From: Glaucostegus cemiculus
Lineage: Eukaryota
NCBI GenBank assembly: GCA_976551045.1
Contig: CDPCPM010000278.1
Span: 3,658,001 to 3,722,000 of the forward strand
DNA length: 64,000 nt
Direction of reading: 5' to 3'
Shown here: positions 11,341 to 25,863 of the stretch, piece after piece
Position numbering within the stretch: position 1 is the first letter of the stretch
Layout: the number at the start of each line of letters is the position of its first letter
Notes under the pieces: generated by a model
Told to the model about the DNA's origin: nothing
The model's database searches: none
Seen by the model: the letters and a program-made list of their open reading frames with translations, nothing else
Made by a program: the position numbers and the translations under genes

Positions 11341-12973
11341 ATTACTCTCCTCTTCCAATGCATCACCTCCGCCCTAATAATAACAGAAGCTTAATTCTGG
11401 CCAGTGATGAAGCAATAGCACTACTTGCCTAACGTTTTTCTCATCCACATGTCAGCGAAGAGAGTTCCCTCACCAAATGTCACGTAGGCTGAGCACACAG
11501 TCACAAAACGTCTCACAGAGAGCAAGCCAAGACAAGGGCTCAAATTCCGAACGCATTTTACATAGGGTAAAATAAAGATTGGGAAATAGATAAACAGAAA
11601 TATTGTAAACCAACATTCAAAAATTGTATTTTAAATGCCACAAGTTAGTGAAATTGGATGCCTTGTATACAAAAATAGATCCTTGAGTATTCGAGATGGT
11701 CGGTTGTGCATTGCAAAAGCTCAATTCCACATCATTTAATAAGGTATAGTAATTTTATGGTATTTTGTGGTCAATATAATTGTTAAATAGTTTAAGCTAT
11801 CATCACTTTACTGATTTTTGCTGATTATTCAAGAGAAATCTACAACGGTGCACCCTGTGAAGATATGGAGTGAATCATTGAAGAAAAAGCTGGAAATATG
11901 CAGCAGGTCAGGCAATATCTGTGGAGAGATGTGTTTAAACATCACATATCCTGTACTTAGTGTTTTTTTTATTATTGACGGTTTTTAACTGAGGGTGTAC
12001 AAACTCCAGATTACTTCCATTAGGATGGTGAGCACTGGTAGCATTAAATTATTTGCACAAGAAATTCCAGGCTATTATTTACATGCTATTTCTTAACTAT
12101 GTACTAGTGCCTGTGCAAAGTGACTGGAGTCAACCCCTGCTGATTTGTCATGTTGACACTCCTTTGACATTCTCCTTACTTTGATGTTCACCTGGTGTAA
12201 ACTTTGCCACATGCATCTTGTCTATTACTGACCTCGCACCATGCCCTGCTTATGGATCAGTCCCAACCTTGCTGACTGAGAATGTATCCTGACCCAAGGC
12301 ACATAATTGAAAATTCTCATCCATAAATCTCAGGTCAGTTTTCCCTACGTTTGCGCATGTCTATTCTGGATTTCCTTCATTTCAAAAATATTAGAAATAG
12401 CTATTACTGAACCTACATCAGAGAAAGCTGACTTAAACATTGCAGCTGAATATTCCCTGCTCCTGCAGTTGCACACAACAGAATTGTTGCATTATCCTGC
12501 ATTAAAAAATGTAGCATCATAACTGTTGTTGATTTGGATGTCCTGAGAACATGAACATGCTATATGACTGCGAGCTCTTACTTTCCTCTTTTATAAAGGT
12601 GTATTAAATATGTGTTGAGACTGGAACATAAAAAGAGTAAATAGGGTAACTAACCAGTAATTACTCATTTATCTTTGAGACTGATAGGGGAAAAAAATTA
12701 TCTTTTGTTATTTTAATAGAATAAGCAAACAGTCATTTTAAAAACAAATGACTAGAAGAGCTTCAGCTGAAATTACTCTCCATCATAAATTGCTCAAATA
12801 GCTTACCATTTTTATCTAGTCACTAAGTCACACAGATCAGACAGGTTTGATTTAGTAACCAATATGTTGCTGAGTTACCTGATCTTAACCAAAATGGAGG
12901 TAGGGTTTTAATGATTGTCCTGAGCACCACCGCCCACCCCCAATTTAATTTTACTGCAAACAAATCAAAATTT

Positions 12974-13226
12974 GGGGCGGCACAATAGCGTAGCGGTTAG
13001 CGCGACGCTGTTACAGCGTCAGCGATCGGGGTTCAATTCCCATCGCTGACTGTAAGGAGTTTGTACGTTCTCCCGTGTCTGCATGGGTTTCCTCCGGGTG
13101 CTCCGGTTTCCTCCCACATTCTGAAAGACGGACGGGTAGGTGAATTTGGGGGTTTAAAATGGGCGGCGCGGACTCGTTGGGCCGAAAGGGCCTGTTACCA
13201 CGCTGTAAATAAAAAAAAATTTTAAA
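12974..13226 (+). mobile_element. Young tRNA-derived SINE (same family), full length
   Basis: ggggcggcac start, Pol III A/B boxes, V-domain, CR1/HER1-like 3' end (gggccgaaagggcctgtt), A-rich tail. Confidence 0.9.
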
Positions 13227-13399
13227 TTCATCAGTAAACTACTAGCCACGGAAATACATTTCAGAAGTCAAAGAAGTAACATTATCTTAGCAGAGATATA
13301 TGCCTTAAAAGATCTGTACATCAGTAAAACGGGCAAAATAGATTTGCACAAGGAAAAAATCCCACACTGAATTTCATTAAAGTGAAAGTAAAGAAAGAA

Positions 13400-13790
13400 A
13401 GATTTGTTTGTCCAGCACCTTTATGGTCTCTTTTTGGGTGCCCCAAAATGCTTTAGAGCCAATAAAATTAAAATGTGGTCAATAGTAGTGTATGAAATAT
13501 GGCAGCCAATATATGGACAGCAAGTTCTCACAAACAGCAAAGTGATAATAATCAGATAATCAATTTCTTGTGAAGTTATTTGATTGATGATAATTCCCCC
13601 GCACTTCGAAATAATATCCTATAATCTTTTCTAGGGAGGGCGAGCTGGTTCTTGGCTCAACATCTCTGAAAGGCTGCATTTCCAACAGTCAGTATCATAA
13701 TTTCAGACTGGAATTTTGTGCTTGGGTCTTTATAATTGAACCTTAAGAAACTTCTGACTTGGTATATGCACTGCCAACTGAACCATGGCT
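13400..13790 (-). mobile_element. SacSINE1/Deu-SINE-like ancient SINE
   Basis: ggcagccaat...acagcaagttctcacaaacagcaa...gataataatcagataatc is the reverse complement of the Deu-SINE core seen at 38640-38830. Confidence 0.65.
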
Positions 13791-14419
13791 GAAACTGCAA
13801 AAGGAAACAACTTGGATAGTTGTAGATCTGGATTGATTGGAGAGTGAGCTTTTGGTCTAAAATTCTCCAAGGAATAATCTAATAATCACATACTTATAAC
13901 TCATGAGCTAAGGATATTACAAGTGAAGACTCGTACACTGGATGAATTAGTTTTCAACTGTTCACAGACAAGCTTAAGGCATGGCCTGGATTATCAAAAA
14001 AAAGATACTTGATGCTGACCTGAAAAAAAACTGCTCATGAAGTCTTTACACATTCTGGCCTCTCTTCTGAAATAATTTAGTATAGTCTATGGAGTTCAGT
14101 AACTTTTCAGAGATAAGTAGCAGATCAATCATTCAAACCAAAAAATCCTCTCCTGGCAAAGCAGACATTGAAAAGCAACAATCCCATTTCATATTCTAGT
14201 CATTCTCCAGGAAGTGAATTGATAATATTTAGACATCATAGCATTGAGAGGCATTGGAATATCATAAATGTAAATATTATTCTGAGGGACTTAGACTCCA
14301 TACTTATTAGGTCGTTATTTTTCAGGGCCAGGGGGGTTATTTAACACTTAATACAGACCATTATTCAGTCAAGGCTATATCATTGCTCAGAAATTTTATT
14401 TCAATATTTCTTACTAGAG

Positions 14420-15372
14420 TGCTGCAATTTACCCACAACAAACTTCTCGTTGAGAGTGGAACAATCTACAGGGTAAATGGGAAACTGTTCGACCTATGTT
14501 GCCTCTTCAGATCAAAGGTCACCTTAATCTCCATAAGTGAGCTGCAGTGCACAGCCATTGCTAGTGTTTGCATATGTTCGGCTGAGCTCCAAGTCATTAT
14601 TGACTGGTTCATTGAAGCAAATGAGAGGATCAGCCTTACAGTCAACACATGCAAAAGAAAGATCCTGTAAACTCAATGAACGACATCACCCTCTCACAGT
14701 AAAGATTCCTGGCAATACTTTATTTTAGCAAATACAGACATCGATAATGAAATTCAAAATGGTCTTCAGTGCACCAGCTCAATCTTTGGCTGGCTAAGGA
14801 AATTGGTGTTGATATTTCAAGATCTCAAATCTGCACAAAATGCATGATCCATGCCCTCCTCTATGTTTCTGAGACTTGGACTACCTATACCATTACTGCT
14901 GTTTGCAGAAAATCTTCAAAATCCACCGGAGGGAGAAGTCTGCCAACATTCCTATCATTGAGACTCCACCACACTCCCTCCCCACTATTAGACAGGTCAT
15001 GTCAGTCAACAGCCAACATCAGAAGCCTGAAAAAGACACCAGGCTCAATCGCAAGAAGAGATTTGCTGGCAGGCTGAATTACCTCCTAAAGCTTTTCTTC
15101 AAAAAAATATTCCCACCAACTCCTGAGAATCGCTGACTCATACCCTCTCAAATTAGAGAAGGAGCTATTGGGATGACACAAATAACCTTGAGTGCATGCT
15201 GAGGGAGTGCAAACAGAAAAAGAGATGCCCTACTTCAGAAACTATTTACCAGCTGTTCTATGGGGCATCTCCTGCCCCATCTGTGATAGAGTCTGTGGAT
15301 CCCACAGTGGCCTCATCAATCATCTCCTAATTGCCAAAACCTGAGTGGATGTAAGCTGTTCTTGATCCTGAG
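14420..15372 (+). mobile_element. RTE-clade LINE 3' fragment, degraded
   Basis: Translations TIYRVNGKLFDL, LTVNTCK and ALLYVSETWTTY are typical of RTE reverse transcriptase C-termini. Confidence 0.8.
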
Positions 15373-15714
15373 AAAGTAAGAATTTGTTTAAGTTACCCCA
15401 AATGAACAAGAATTAACATTTTATTTGATATTTTGTAGTGAATATTAGGTCGAATTTTAAATTAAATCTTTGGATCTGTTTTGAGTACATCTGTAACACG
15501 TGCAACAGCACATCCTATGGAGGAATACAGTATCAAAACAACTTTCTGCATTTATCAGTCATAGCTGGGTAACAATGATGAATCATTTTCACTGTATGTT
15601 GTGTTTAATACTAATCTGCAGCATTGATATTCTTAACATTGCAGCCGTGCTCTTCATTTCACTGCATTGAACATCTTTGAATTTGTCTCCTGTGCCCAAT
15701 TTTCTTCTCCCTTT

Positions 15715-16058
15715 GCCCAAACCTCCCCATCAATGAGGACATCGTCAAGAGGTGGTGCATCCATCACTAGGGACCCGCACCATCTGGGACACGCCCTCTT
15801 CTCATTATTACCATCAGGGAGGAGTTACAGGAGCCTGAAGACCCACACTCAACGATCCAGAAACAGCTTCTTCCCCTCCACCATCAGATTTCTGAATGGT
15901 CGATGAACCCATAAACACTACCTCATTATTCCTTTTTTTTTGCTCTATTTACTTATTTTGTAATTTATAGTAATTTTAAGTCTTTGCATTGTACTGCTGC
16001 TGCAAAACAACAAATTTTGCATCATAAAACTGTAATAATAAAGCTGATTTTGATTCTG
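15715..16058 (+). mobile_element. Rex1/Babar-clade LINE 3' end (same family as 22790)
   Basis: DPHHLGHALFSLLPSGRSYRSLKTHTQR.RNSFFP and the matching 3' UTR ending gattttgattctga. Confidence 0.88.
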
Positions 16059-16884
16059 AGATATAGTTATGTATGACCCCATTCAACAAGCACTCAGTAC
16101 TACAGTGAGTAGTCCTAGGATCAATTATCATCCATCCGTAACCTCTTTTAAAGATACTTTAAAATAAAATGAAATAGTTTAATAAGATAGTATCCTTGGG
16201 GAAAGTGAAGGTAAATTTTACTTGTGGCTGCTAAGTTTAATAAGCCATGTGTATCTGCCTCTATTTTCTCAATTTTCTGCTCAAACAACATATGATCAAT
16301 AAACACCAATTCATAACACAACCCAGCAACTTGAAGATCAGAATTTGCTTTGTTTCTTCAATAGTACCTCTGAATTATTTAAATAAACTCCTGAAGCCTA
16401 AGTTTAAATAACATACAGAGACTTCAACTGGTTAAAACATCCCCTTTTTCTCCTACTTATTTCTTTCCTTAATGTTCTATTGTTGAAGCAGATTCAATGT
16501 TCATGGCCAGAAAAGCATAAGATTGCAGATTACTGGATCATTTTTAAACATTATTTTTAATTTAAATAATTCACTAAAGAGCATTCTCTGAGAGTATCAT
16601 TCCATGTAGGAAGAATCAAATCATGGGAATGAGCCCTGTTATTTAATTTTCCATTTACTTTCTTCAATCTACAGAATCTATTTTGAGAAGGAAATAATTC
16701 ATTTAACTTTATTTTCAACTCTCTGCATTGATGTTGGAGGTTGAAGTAATATTTGGAAATTGTGTAATTTTGTTAGTGTATGTGACATATTCAACTCATT
16801 TTACAGCCATTCAAAAAAGATAATTTGATTACATCACATTTGTGACGAAGGATGAAACCCTGCTGGACCAGTGAATGAAAGTTT

Positions 16885-17200
16885 TCTTCTTTGGCAGTTC
16901 CTCAGGATTGAGAGTGGCTAACCTCTACTCTAGTTTTGTGGGTTCTTAGGTGACTTATGAGGCCAATCTGGTAACTACAGATTCTTCCTTGGATGGGGCA
17001 GATAGTGGAAACACGGCAGGCAGATGGATAGCTTGTGAGTTGGTTCACTCCTGCTGCTTATACGGGGCTTCTATGTACTGATATGTGGCTTTGAGGTTTT
17101 TAAAACCATGCTGAATATACCTTCTCCACTTTGAACAGGCACGGACCAGTGATTCTCAGGAGTCAGTGGGGATGTTACATTTCTTCAAGTAGACTTTCAG
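16885..17200 (-). mobile_element. RTE-type 3' end fragment
   Basis: Shares ggcagttcctcaggatt...tgaggccaat...acagattcttcc with the 3' end of the 18897 copy. Confidence 0.6.
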
Positions 17201-18896
17201 CACAGAAATACCCCTTGTGTAGAACCTGTGTAGGCTAAAAGGATGACTACTTGTGGTAAAGACAGATGCTATTTGCAATGGTGTTGCACACACTCATGGA
17301 AATCAAAAATCAGAAATGTAGAATAGACATTGGGCAAAGATGTTGGGGCTTACCAACATGAGTAAAATTACACCTCAGCAAGAGTTAAGGTTTACTCAGG
17401 AAGAAATTAAACAAAGTAAGTAAATGTGACTCTGACAAACTTTGAAGTACTATTTTTTAAACCGGAATGGGAAAATGATCCCAAACCCCTCTTGAAGGCT
17501 ATTTCTTTACAAAACAGAAAGGGAACACCCTCCTGTAAGGTGTTTTAACAACTCCACATAGAATATAATACTAAAGTATGTTTTATCAATTTAAAGGTAT
17601 GTAGGCCCTTCCTGAATGTTTTACAATTCATGGTAATCTAAAATAGTTTACAAAATATATTTAATTAGCTTGATCTCTTTTGGAATTGGAACTAATCCTT
17701 AAAAGACTATTAAAATTTATGAAAAATATGTATCTCGCTGCTGAAATTTGTATGTGAAAGTTACCACCCATGGCTTTAGTATAAAAAGACATGCATTCTT
17801 TCACCTCATAGTCATTTTAACATGTAGCTTGTTTTAAATAAATAATTTTGGGTTGCATTTGCCATGACTTAACAGCAGTTACACACAATAAAGAAACATT
17901 ACATCAACAAATGAATCAAGTTCAAAAACTACAATGTGTGGGCTCATAAGAGATGTAAGCAAAATCCACCGTGATTAGTAGGAAAAATATAGTAAGAAAA
18001 TGCTAGCATTAGCAGACATGAGATCCAAACACTAAAAACCATGTAACAAAATTAATAATCAGGAAGCTGTGGTTAATAATTGCTTAGAACAGACTTCAAA
18101 ATAGATTGTTACTTGTCAACCTCTGCAAAGCTAGCATTTGTGTAGGTTTGACATACTACTTGCAAACTGTATATGATTTACTACAGATCAAATAAAGGGC
18201 ATAACGGTATGCTGAAACTATTTTTATATTTACAGTAAAGGTAATGTTGGAATTAATATTGCATTTGCAAAGTTGGTAAGGAAAAATATCTTTTTTGGAC
18301 TCTGCATTAGTGCAAAGCTATTTATTTTAAAATTATTTTGCATTTTTGTACTATGACCATGACCTCCTGGGCAATAGGAACTGCTCTGAGATATATCAAA
18401 TTAATTTCACTTAAAATCATCAGTTAATAGTGATGCATTCAATTTTAGTCTGGCATTATTAGACCCATTGGCACAATGAGGTTTGAGGTGGGCTAGGATA
18501 TTTCAGGGTTATTCTTACCTTGTTGTCTCACTAGGTATTTATGATGTCAATTCTCAGTTTTCTCACAAAACTTAAAAAGGAGGCCATTCTTTCATTGGTC
18601 ATTGGATCTTTAAAAGACTAGGGAGATATTTCTGTGTACTTAGTCCATTCCTGATTTTTTTGATATTGCTGTGTGCTTTCAAGTCAGTAGTTTTCTATCA
18701 ACTTTGGATATCAGTTTACATTTTTAACTTGCTATGTTTTTCTCAGTCCTTTTGATCTTCCTGCCAGGCCCTCCTGCAATATTTGTAAGACCTTTCAATT
18801 TGCAGTAAAATCCTTCTATTTTGTTCCCACTACTGTGGTCTTCTTCACATTGAACCTTCTTGCCTAACTCCTGGTCTTTTTGTAATTTGCTTCTCC

Positions 18897-20500
18897 CTAG
18901 GCAATCCCTCAGATCAAGGATGACTTTCATCCAGTTCAGAGGTGGCTATTGAGGTCAATATAAGGCCCACAGACTCTTCCACAGGAGGAGGCTTTTAGCT
19001 CCCAAGGTATGTCATCTATGTTCTCAGTAATATCCTGACTGCTTCTTCTCTACTTTGAACAGTCATGGGCCAGAGTTTAACAGAAGTTGGTGTAGATGTT
19101 GAGGAAGCTTTGAGCATATCCATGAATCTTTTTCTTTGACCAACTGGTAATTTCGTCCCACAACAGAATTCGAAATAGTGTATCTGTTTCAGGAGTCTGG
19201 TGTTGGGCATGCAAATGACATGGCTTGCCTAACATAGCCAACTGAGAGTAACTAAGGCCTGTGAAAGGACACTGACATTGGTTTGCTTATCCCTCCAGTG
19301 AACTTGGAGGATCTTGCAGTATTGGCATTTATGATATATTTCCAGTCCTTTGAGATGCCTGTTATAACTAGTCCAGGTCTCAGAAGCATATAGGTGGGCA
19401 GAGATCACTGCAACCTGATACACCATGAACTTTGTACCAGGTCTGAGTTTCTGTTCTTCAAGCACTCTTTTGCTCAATTAACCAAAGGTAAACACAAGAA
19501 GGACGTGGTGTATTTCATCACTGATGTCTGCCTTCACCAAGACATGGCTTCTGAGATATGAGTAGTGGTCTATATTTTGCAGAGTCTCATTATGAACCTT
19601 TATTGTTGGAGGGAAGTGTGCTTCAATGAGGTTGGTAGAGGACTTCGTGGATTTTTAGTGTAAGACCCATCCTTTAATGTACTTGGTGAATGAGTCAACA
19701 ATATCTTTGGATTTGGTCTCCAAGCTTATGTAGACTTGAGCATCATCTGCATGTTGCAGGTTGACTATTGAGGTCTGGGTGACCTAGATTCTGAAGTGTA
19801 GTTGCCATAGTTTGAATGGTTTCCTGTTAGTTCTGAAGAAGACCTCCACTGTCACGGGAAGGTGAGGTACAACATTGCTGCAAGCCATATTTGACTGATT
19901 AGTTAATACTGTGGCTTGTATGCTGTTGTGGAGGAAAAATAAGATAGAGAAAAATTTCTGTGAGGAGACTGCTCCATTGTCTCTTCCAATTCTTGGAGTC
20001 AAAGCTTTTGTGAGGTCAATGAAATCCATGTATCGTCATCAGTACTACTTGCTGCAATTTTCCTAGTTGTGCTGTGAAGATCGTTATCCACTGTAGCTGT
20101 GATGGACAGAATCCACACTGTAACTTAGGGAGCAGTTCTTTAGCTCCTGGGAGGGGGCGATTGAGTAGGACCCTGGTAATAATTTGCCCTGTTAGAGACA
20201 ACAAGCAGACCATCTCCGCCCCCCCCCCCCCAACTTATTATAGTGGGATTTGTCCTCTTTCTTGGAGATGGTTATGTCTGGGATCCCCTGGTAAATGCTT
20301 CCCAGATATGGATGATGAAATTATGAATCTGTAACTGAAGCTCTTCACCAGTGAGTCCCAGTGAGTCTTAGAATTTCAGTGGGATGCCATCTGTTCCCAT
20401 AGTTTTGTTATTTTCGTATTGGGATATGGCCTTCTCAACTTCTTGTCAGTCAGCAGTGGCAGCAAGGCTGGCCTGAATAGGTTGCTGTGGAGCCTCCGCT
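18897..20500 (-). mobile_element. RTE-clade LINE fragment (RT region to 3' end), frameshifted
   Basis: ORFs ELLPKLQCGFCP, FIDLTKA, LYASETWTSYNRHLKGLE and MPNTRLLKQI...GQRKRFMDMLKAS. Confidence 0.88.
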
Positions 20501-22789
20501 GATCTTGCTTTCTCCATCGTCAGTATATAAACCTGATACTGAAATAAAGTCTTTGTGGATTAATTTATGGATGAGGTTAGCTCTGTGATTGGGACAAAAC
20601 TTAAAGCTCCCTTACAATCTGCATTGATCTGAAATTGCAAAAGTGCCTTAATTCTTTGAACAGCTTTTGCTTCATTGGGAAACTCTATACTAGATTAGGT
20701 ATGCAGAGTAAGGGACCCAATTAGTCTGTGTTTGAGCTAAACAGGTTTATTAGATGTACCTTGATACTGCTTGTTAGCCTATCTGATCCTAGAGCTTTGC
20801 TTTTTTATTAGCTATGCCACTGTTTTTACTCAAAGGCAGTGGTGAACAAAAATGAGTGCAACCAAATGAAACCCTTTTCGTAAAAGCAGTTTAAAGCAGT
20901 GAGTGAAGGTGATCTTCACTGAAGTATGTGAATGGTAGAAAGCACATTTTTCTGCCCTGTCCCCTTATACCAATTCCTCTGATCTCAGTTTTGAATGAAA
21001 GCAATGACTGAGCCTCCACAGCCATCTGGAGTAGAGATTTAAAAAGATGAACCACCTTTGAGTGAAGATATTTCTCCTCATTTCAGTCTAAATGGCCTGC
21101 CAGTAACATTCTTGTTGGATGGCAGAGCAGGCTGAAGGGACTGAATGGCCTATTCCTTCTCCTATTTCATATGTAACCATGGGGCTTACACAGCTGAGCT
21201 CAATCCCGTTGTTTCCTAGATTGCATATTTATGGGAACTACAATCAGTTTACTACTTTCTAAAGCCAATTCTATTGCCAACTTGATTTTCTTATCAAGAG
21301 TCAGTTAATTGTTGTTCCTGCACAGCCATTCTTGGAGAAGTCAGCTAACTCAGCATGAATCATGGTTTGAGGCTGAACTGCCTTCATGTGTTTAATTCAG
21401 TATCACACAATGTAGTTCTTTAACCAAGTCATTAGATTACAGGCATTAATATAACCCCACAAATCATGTGGAAACTTTTAATGCTTTGCATTCGAAACCA
21501 TCTTCATTTCACCTGAATATAATGGTAACAGTAACTTTCTCAAACTGAATCTATCCAGATATCTTTTTAATAGTTCTGCTTAATGTCACAAGGTTAATTT
21601 TTATTCTGAAATCCTCTATTCAAAGTGAAGTAGATGCACGTTAATTAACTTGCAGAGTTGAAATTCATAGGAATTTAATGCAAATACTGTAATTAAGATA
21701 AATGAGCTTGAGGTCAAAGTTGAAGCTCTTGTTTTTATTAAAATACCATCAAAGAATTTCAACTCTACAATTTCTTCCTCTGTTGGTTCCTCAGATATTT
21801 CTGCTTAACACTTGCACTTCTCTGTTGCTGTCAGGTTGTAAGTGATTATCAACAAGAAATGCCTTATTGTCGCTCCCAAGTAACCAGAGAAGGTGATGAT
21901 GGACTTACTCCTTGAACAGCTACGGTCCTTGAACTCATACTAGCTCCCACAATGATATTAGGTAGGCAATTGCAAGATTGTGCACTAATGAAGAAACAGT
22001 GATATTTATCTACATCAACAAGATGTGTGACTTGTAGAGAAACTTAAGAGTTTATAGGAACCATCTGAATAGTAGATGATGCAGCATAGGGAGATACTGT
22101 TCAAGCAGTTTAGTGATTTACTGAATTCTGCAGATCACACAAATCATAATCAGAGTTGGCAATGAAGGGTAAATTGAGTTCAGTGTCAGTAGTATCAATA
22201 AAGTTTATCCACTTTATCAGGATTCTCACTGACCACAGAGTAGTCTTTGATATTAGTTACACCAACTTTATTGTAACATAGTGGTTAAGTTACTGGGCCA
22301 GCAACCAGAGTTCTGGTCCATTGATCCATAGACATGAGTTTGAATCCACATAGATTAAGTAAATCTGGAATTTAACTAAAAGAAGTGGTTTCAGTAATTT
22401 AACCATTAGACACAGTAGCTGAATTGTCATGAAACCCATCTGGTTCACAATGCTTTACGTGTTCCCTATGTGGCTTGGACCCATCAAAGAGATTGACTCT
22501 GAAATGTGTCCTCAATTCAAGGGCAATTGGGGATGAAAAATAAGTGTGGCATTGCCAGCAACATATACAACCTCTGAAAAAATAATGAAAAAGTCACTTT
22601 GTCATTTCCATCGCTACCTTACAAAATGAAGATATTTTCAAAAATTAATCAGTTGCCTAATTAAATATTTCCTTTGCTTTCTCTAGACCAGTTTCCCTCC
22701 TTTGTAGTCATTTATAACATTTATATTTGGGCATTTATTAATATTGAAAGTAATTTGTTACTTAACATCCCAGGAGTATTGCCTTCAGA

Positions 22790-23965
22790 CATCAGAATCA
22801 GGTTTATTATCACTGTCTCATATGACGTGAAATTTGTTGTTTTGCAGTAGCAGTACAGTGCAAAGACATAAAATTACTATAAATTACAAAATAAATAAAT
22901 AGTGCAAAAAGAAGGAACGATGAGATAGTGTTCATGGACCATTCGGAAATCTGATGGCAGGGGGGAAGAAGCTGCTCCTGAATCATTAAGTGTGGGTCTT
23001 CAGGCCCTCCTCCCTGATGTACCTCCTCCCCAATGGTAGTAATGAGAAGAGGGCATGTCCCAGATGGTGAGGGTATTTATTAATGGATGCCGCCTTCTTG
23101 AGGCACCGCGTCTTGAAGGTATCCTCGATGGTGGGGAGGGTTGTGTCTATGATGGAGCTGGCTGAGTCCACAACCCTCTTCAGCCCCTGGCAATCCTGTG
23201 CATTGGAGCCTCTATACCAGGCGGTGATGCAATCAGTCAGAGTGCTCTCCACCATACATCTGTATACATTTGCAAGAGTCTTTGGTGACATACTAATCTC
23301 CTCAAACTCCTAATGAGGTAGAACCACTGGCATGCTTTCTTCGTGATTACATCAATGTGTTGGGTCTAGGATAGATCCTTGGAGATGTTGACGCCCAGGA
23401 ACTTAAAGCTGCTCACCCTTTCCTCTGCTGACCCTTCAATGAAGCCTTGTGCATGTTCTCCTGACTTCCCCTTCCTGAAGTCCACAATCAATTCCTTGGT
23501 CTTGCTGACGTTGAGTGTGAGGTTGTTGTAACACCACTCAACCAGCTGATATATCTCACTACTGTACACATCCTCATTGCCATATGAGATTTTACCAACA
23601 ACAGTGATATCATGTGCGAATTTATGAATGGCGTTTGAGCTGTGCTTAGCCACACAGCCATGAGTGTAGAGAGAGTACAGCAATGGGCTGTACGCATCCT
23701 TGAAGTGTGCCTGTGTTGATTGTCAGCGAGGAGATATCACAGATCCATACAGACTGGTCTCCCGATGAGGAAGTCGAGAATCCAGTTGCAGAGGGAGGTA
23801 CAGAGACCCAGGTTTAAAAGCTTGGTGATTAATACTTAAGAGATATTGGACGCTGAGCTGTAATTGGTAAACAGCAGCCTTGACATATGTGATGCTGTTG
23901 TCTAGGTGCTCCAAAGCCGAGTGGCGAGCCAGTGAGATTGTGTCCGCTGTGGACCTGTTGCGGCT
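22790..23965 (-). mobile_element. Rex1/Babar-clade LINE, 3' ~1.2 kb, relatively young
   Basis: KFAHD (for KFADD)...LTLNVSKTKELIVDFRK...FKFLGVNIS; YRCMVESTLT.CITAWY...HALFSLLP.GRRY; 3' UTR ending in attctg repeats. Confidence 0.9.
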
Positions 23966-24864
23966 GTTTGAATGACATCTATTTGAATGACATTGGGCTC
24001 TCCATATCTCAACCCTGGACCACTTTGATTTGTATGCAAGCTTAGTCCATTCTTCAACATTGTTATTAAATAAAATGAATAGCTGAAGTCCTAGGAATTA
24101 TCCCTGTGAGAATTAGCCAGTCATTGTTTCCTGGCCTGAATAAGTTCCATTTATAATCACCTTCATTTTCAATTATGAAACCAATTTCCCATTCATCTTG
24201 CAGTTTCACTCCTTCATCTTTTGTGACCCTTTAACTATTTAAAATGACATTATTGGATGATCTCTTGATGCTGAGATGTGAAATGCCTGTTTTTTATTCA
24301 TGAAATACTACAGTTGCCTTAAAGATATTTTGATAAATGTATCCAGTAATGCCTTCTTAGTCATGTTAGTTTTTTGCTTATTGCCTTTAGATTTCACAGG
24401 TAATGCTCAAATTCCTCCATACATAAAATAAATTCTTTGCAGTTCTTTGCTTCTGGTGGGTGTTATGTATTATAGCATTCAGTTTTGGAATTGGGGAGAA
24501 AAATTTATTAACTCGTTACAGCAGTTTATGGTGTTACACCACACCAATTATGTAAATGGATTCTGATGATAATTCTATTTGATTACATTTCATTATCAAA
24601 TATTTATTGAAAAAACTTATTACCTGCATTGTTACCTGCAAAGTCATCTAAGCTACGGTTTTTGCACCAAACATTAGTATGTATATACAGTTGGACAACC
24701 AGCTAAACAGTTTTGAGTTATGCTGTGCAATACCCTGCTTCATGCTTATGTGGTAAAGCAGTTGTTGATTTATTGTCAAAATCTCAGCCAATTAGCTTTC
24801 AGCTTCCATACTTGTGAAAAAGGCATCAAACAATGCTTGTGATCTTGGGTGTAAAGGAATACAT

Positions 24865-25310
24865 AGATGAATCTGAGACAGTTTTGGAAAAAAAATAAGG
24901 CATTTCGGACTGTAGCAGCAAGAACCAAAGACCTGGGGAGGAACTGAAACTTTAAACTTTGAATGCCTGTTGGCACAAACTCTGACCTCATTAATGACTT
25001 CAGAGGCCTTCCCACCAATGAGTCACTGACATTGAGAAAGATTTGAAGACATCAAGGAACCTAAGCAGCTTGCTGCATCCAGCAAAGAAGTGAGGAAGAG
25101 GAAGATACAGAACCCATTAAGCTAGCAATAACTGCTAAAGCCATTTGAGGATTGATGTGCAAGTCTCAAAATGTGAGGAGAGAGATTGTGAATCTGGACA
25201 CTATCTTGTAAAGGAGTCTCATCTTTAAGAGGAGCTTAGATCAACTCTCTTCATTTACAAGGAGCATGACCAGGAATACGAAGCAGCATATGGTGAGCTC
25301 CTCTTTCAAG
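24865..25310 (+). mobile_element. Tigger/pogo (DDE_1) transposase relic
   Basis: Frameshifted translation NLRQFWKK...EELK..TLNACWHKL*P..INDFRGLP resembles the DDE_1 C-terminal LREFWK...AWEEV...MNGCWRKLWP..VNDF motif. Confidence 0.6.
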
Positions 25311-25454
25311 CTGCAGCCTCTGTCTTCAAGTGAGAGTAATTTGTAATTTCATCAATTTGTAATTGGTGAGTAATGTTTTTAATATGGCTATTCTGTTATT
25401 TGCATATACATGTCTTAAAATATCAGGTCTCAATCCTGTTTTCCAAAGACTTAA

Positions 25455-25863
25455 TGTTACAATGTTGATTGAAGAGCAAGCTCACAGAGAATCCAAATGC
25501 AGCACACTGGTACAAGACTGGAGTCAGGATACTTCCTCAGGATAGGACACAGGCAACACTGGAAGGAAATCTTGCCTCAGAGATCTGAGTAGTAATTCCA
25601 ACACAAACTGAATCTTCAAGCAGGACGAGAGAACACAGGACTGCTCTGGAGTAGACCACTCTAAGCAGCTAGGAACCAAACTGAATCTTCAAGGTTGACC
25701 AACCCTCTAGCAACTAGTGCTAGAGAAACACAGGTACTTATGCTAGGTCCCTAATGGGGCTCAGGTGTGTGTCATTATGCAATCAGTCCAGCATGGAATC
25801 CATGTGCTGTACAATGAGGCATCTAAGGAACCAAATCAAGGGCTAGTACTCAGAATCATGACA
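25455..25863. mobile_element. Solo LTR (409 bp, Gypsy-like) with 5-bp target-site duplication
   Basis: Begins TGTTACAAT and ends ATCATGACA (TG...CA, imperfect inverted termini); flanked by CTTAA at 25450-25454 and 25864-25868. Confidence 0.8.

Noticed and set aside
10890-11432. 180-aa and 151-aa Pro/Ser-rich ORFs
   Set aside because: Translations of the 32-bp minisatellite, which lacks stop codons by composition.
12974-13050. tRNA gene
   Set aside because: The A/B boxes belong to the SINE head and continue into the V-domain; three dispersed copies are present.
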